Below, one piece after another: positions 61,045 through 64,000 of a stretch of 64,000 bases of DNA. Source of the stretch: Clostridia bacterium (lineage in GTDB: Bacteria; Bacillota; Clostridia; Acetivibrionales; UBA4821). The translations under genes were made by a program, and so were the position numbers. The stretch spans positions 2,217 through 66,216 of the forward strand of contig JAWLCD010000011.1 of assembly GCA_041687355.1 (NCBI GenBank). The letters run 5' to 3'. The notes beneath the pieces were generated by a model, which worked only from the letters and a program-made list of their open reading frames with translations, had not been told where the DNA came from and made no database searches. Within the stretch, counting starts at the first letter, position 1; every line of letters starts with the position of its first letter.

Positions 61045-63078
61045 TAAATTACTACTGGAGTCAGAAATTTCAATATCCAGTTTTTTATTTATGCTGCCGA
61101 GGTAAGCTGCGAACTCATGGGAGTACCGAGATATATCACTAGCGGCTGAAGCTATTTCCTCAATACTGGAATTAATGCTGAGTATGGATTGAGAAATATT
61201 ATCAAATGAACCTTTGGAGACTATGGTAAGGTCCATTCCTTTATTTACTTCAACAATTCCTTCCTCCATTTCCTTAACCACCGCTTCTATATTCGAAATT
61301 ACCTGCTTAATCAGGTCAGATATCTGCTTGGAGGCACTGCTTGACTGTACAGAAAGCTTGCTTATTTCTGAAGCAATAACTGCAAAACCTTGTCCGGATG
61401 AACCTGCTTTTGCCGATTCAATTGTTGCATTTAATGCCAGCAGCTGGGTTTGATTTGCAATATAGCTTATAGTTTCATTTACTGCATCTATGTTTTTTGA
61501 TTGGTGATTCAGTTCATTGGTAAATGTCTGAAGGGTCTTCATTTTTGACGAAATATTTTCCATTTGTTTAGTAGTAAGATTAATAGATTGGTCCCCCTTG
61601 TGCAGAAATTCAGATGAAACTTGCATATTCCCAAGTATTCCACTTGACAGCTCACTGATGTGTTTTATATTATCAATAATCCTGTTCTCATGCTCCACCA
61701 AGTGGGACTGAGTTGCTTTCATTTCATTAAATGCCTGCTCAAGCTTCCGGTTCGACTGTGAAAGGTTATTGTTCAGTACTGACATTTCGTCCTGCTGAGT
61801 ATACAGCTTTTCATTTGCATCTTTAAGCTCCTCAGCTGCAAGGGTTTGTTGTTGTATCCGTGCTTCGAGGGATTGGTTGAGCGTACGGATTTTATTTACC
61901 AAGCTGTTAAAAGCATTAGCCATTCTGTCTATTTCAGCAATTTTAATTATATTAAATCTACTTTTTTTGAATAAAACCGAGAGGTCACCTTCAGATCCCT
62001 TCAGCATCAGCTTTTCCAAGAGAGTGATTGGCTTTGTAAGCCCGAATGAAAACAGAAGGGTAAAAACGATTACTACAACAAACGTTGTTAATAGAACAAC
62101 AAAGGGATTCATGAAAGACCTCTCATGGATTACTGATATCAACTCACTATAATCCTGCTCGGTTATTACATACCAGCCTGTTTTATCTACAGCAGAATAC
62201 GCTCCTATGGCTCTGCTGCCGGTAAAATTCTTATAGAACAAGTCACGGTTATTTATCTGTGAAAGGTAGGATTCAATACTGACACCTATACCGGAAGATT
62301 GAAGCTTGTCTTCAGACCACGCAAGAAAAAAACCGTTACTGTTCACAACATAAGTGTTCACAGTATTGTTTGGAACCCTGTCTGAAAGTTTTAAAGAGCT
62401 TATACTTGAGAAAATACTTGAAAGGTCAAGCTTTGAAGATATAATGAATGACCAATTCTGGTTAGTAACAGGTATGGAAATAACAATTGACGGTTCACCG
62501 GTCTCAAGACCTGCATCATAGATACCGTGCTTTACTTCAGTTACCGTGCCTTCAGCAGTTTTATCAGTAGAAATGAGTATATTCCCTGATGAATCCTGGA
62601 TTGAGATTTCCTTATAAGCCTGTGATGATTCTTTTATATTCTCAATTAGACTGCTGATGTTCTGTTCTCTGACAGATGAATCCCGGGATGTAAAGGGATT
62701 TTCTTTCAATTCATTCAAACTGCCTATCAGTTTGAGGTCTTCCTGTCTTTCCTCTATCCATTCATTTATTTCGTGGGCGTGTTTCTGTGAAGCCAATTCC
62801 AATGTATGCGTAATAGAATTGAGGTTTTCAACGTCGAATTGATGGACTAATGACCAGGCGACAGCTACAAGCGGGACAAGTGCAAATGTTGTAAGCAGTG
62901 CTGCCATCTTAAGCTTGAATTTTCTTATAAATAATATAAGGCACACACCGCTTAAAAACAGACCGGCAACCATAAGCAAAGGCTGTGACGCCGTGAAGCC
63001 TGTGCGGGCAATAATCAATCCTGCAATAACCGGTACAAGTTTCAATACCAAAAGTGCTGCAGTACGTGGATTAGCCAC
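61039..63078 (-). CDS. Divergent methyl-accepting chemotaxis protein
   Basis: [47 protein letters not shown]; N-terminal module similar to the histidine kinase at 58432. Confidence 0.9.
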   Translation of the reverse strand: MANPRTAALLVLKLVPVIAGLIIARTGFTASQPLLMVAGLFLSGVCLILFIRKFKLKMAALLTTFALVPLVAVAWSLVHQFDVENLNSITHTLELASQKHAHEINEWIEERQEDLKLIGSLNELKENPFTSRDSSVREQNISSLIENIKESSQAYKEISIQDSSGNILISTDKTAEGTVTEVKHGIYDAGLETGEPSIVISIPVTNQNWSFIISSKLDLSSIFSSISSLKLSDRVPNNTVNTYVVNSNGFFLAWSEDKLQSSGIGVSIESYLSQINNRDLFYKNFTGSRAIGAYSAVDKTGWYVITEQDYSELISVIHERSFMNPFVVLLTTFVVVIVFTLLFSFGLTKPITLLEKLMLKGSEGDLSVLFKKSRFNIIKIAEIDRMANAFNSLVNKIRTLNQSLEARIQQQTLAAEELKDANEKLYTQQDEMSVLNNNLSQSNRKLEQAFNEMKATQSHLVEHENRIIDNIKHISELSSGILGNMQVSSEFLHKGDQSINLTTKQMENISSKMKTLQTFTNELNHQSKNIDAVNETISYIANQTQLLALNATIESAKAGSSGQGFAVIASEISKLSVQSSSASKQISDLIKQVISNIEAVVKEMEEGIVEVNKGMDLTIVSKGSFDNISQSILSINSSIEEIASAASDISRYSHEFAAYLGSINKKLDIEISDSSSNLL

Positions 63079-63106
63079 TGATAATCACCAACCTTTAAAT
63101 CAATTA

Positions 63107-63736
63107 TTATACAAAAGGCACATCAGAAATAGTTCTGTGCCGGAGTAATGCTTTTCTGACACTGTAGAATTTTAGTATTGAGGAAGCCGTTGTAAATACG
63201 AGTATGCCCAGGTAGAGTGTATATAAAGAATTCAAATCAATACAAAGCAGCTTGCAGGTCAATATTACACACGGAAGGGAGTAAAACAGTGAGCTGGCAA
63301 TCCTTCCGGGGATATCATAATGAAGAACTGTATTATCTTTTAGCTTATGTCCAGACAAGCACCTTTTAACAATTTCCGAGGAAATAAGGAACTCAAAAAA
63401 TTTATACGATGCCAGCATAGTGAGCCAGACAGGAATAATACCCATCAAATTTAGTGCAAGGTAGGAGCAGAAAACAAACAAAAAGTCGCTCCAGACATCC
63501 AGGTAGCTTCCAAATACTGAAGTTTTATTTGTAAGCCGGGCAATCCAGCCGTCCAGGATGTCTGATATCCTAATAAGGATGAATACAAATAATGCAGTAT
63601 TAACGGCAAAATAAACATAAGGAAACTCCGCAGTCAGTCCTTCATATATGAAGAATACAAAAAGAGGTATAAGTAATACCCTTGTCAACGTAATAATATT
63701 CGGTACTGTAAAGTATGTCCTATATACTTTACTCAT
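63107..63736 (-). CDS. CDP-alcohol phosphatidyltransferase family protein
   Basis: VPNIITLTRVLLIPLFVF; RISDILDGWIARLTNKTSVFGSYLDVWSDFLF. Confidence 0.88.
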   Translation of the reverse strand: MSKVYRTYFTVPNIITLTRVLLIPLFVFFIYEGLTAEFPYVYFAVNTALFVFILIRISDILDGWIARLTNKTSVFGSYLDVWSDFLFVFCSYLALNLMGIIPVWLTMLASYKFFEFLISSEIVKRCLSGHKLKDNTVLHYDIPGRIASSLFYSLPCVILTCKLLCIDLNSLYTLYLGILVFTTASSILKFYSVRKALLRHRTISDVPFV

Positions 63737-64000
63737 TTTTCTCCAATCTGTCTACCGAATTCTATGGCTTTATCAGCAGTATAGTCCTTATATCCAAATA
63801 CATGTTTGTTGGAAGCACTTTCTATACCCAGCGCTTTTTCCAGAGGTTCAAACATTGAAGGTTCATTTTGTCCTCCAGCTGTAATGAAAAGGCCGATTTT
63901 CTTTTCTGATGGGTTCTGAAGGGTTCCCATAAACTCAAGCAGTTTTTTCGATGGCTGCAGGTACCATGGTGTGCCGAAAACCATAATATCGAAGCTGGCT
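63733..64000 (-). CDS. Flavodoxin-family protein (5' part beyond window)
   Basis: SFDIMVFGTPWYLQPSKKLLEFMG...KKIGLFITAGGQ; open to window end. Confidence 0.75.
   Translation of the reverse strand, partial: ASFDIMVFGTPWYLQPSKKLLEFMGTLQNPSEKKIGLFITAGGQNEPSMFEPLEKALGIESASNKHVFGYKDYTADKAIEFGRQIGEK

Noticed and set aside
1-64000. Mobile elements, prophage, CRISPR-Cas or toxin-antitoxin systems
   Set aside because: No transposase, integrase, phage structural, Cas or TA protein signatures found in either strand's ORFs.

Overview
The window is a chromosomal core segment of a low-GC, spore-forming Firmicute, probably a clostridial cluster III / Acetivibrio-like organism (inferred from gene content, not searched). 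I see no prophage, transposase, CRISPR array or toxin/defence island. Most of it is housekeeping: purH-purD, T-box-valS, dgt, the Asp23/AmaP/DUF2273-nusB-xseA-xseB-ispA-DUF212 block, dxs, pgsA, tRNA-Pro(CGG), T-box-ileS-aroB, nifS-iscU-mnmA, cysS, lysA, ispE, gcvT-gcvH-gcvPA-gcvPB, acpS and ilvE. The standout is a long non-coding interval (about 14258-14880) immediately upstream of a 212-aa multi-TM protein containing a DxxxD motif (DVVGD), sitting between ispA/DUF212 and dxs. This matches the genomic signature of OLE RNA and its partner OapA. The interval is closed by a perfect 10-bp stem and has a plausible promoter of its own. Other items: a ~185-nt multi-hairpin interspersed repeat in two opposite-oriented copies (24781-24994 and 58213-58400); a textbook SOS promoter with a LexA palindrome inside the -35/-10 spacer, driving a YneA-like LysM protein; a convergent YtpB-type (DUF2600) terpene synthase and long-chain prenyl diphosphate synthase; a c-di-AMP riboswitch upstream of an SH3/NlpC-P60 cell-wall protein; a small membrane ORF between the T-box and valS; paralogous N-terminal membrane modules shared by a histidine kinase and a chemoreceptor; and long near-perfect palindromes, some with the 'GACAGGGGACGGTTCTCTG' motif.
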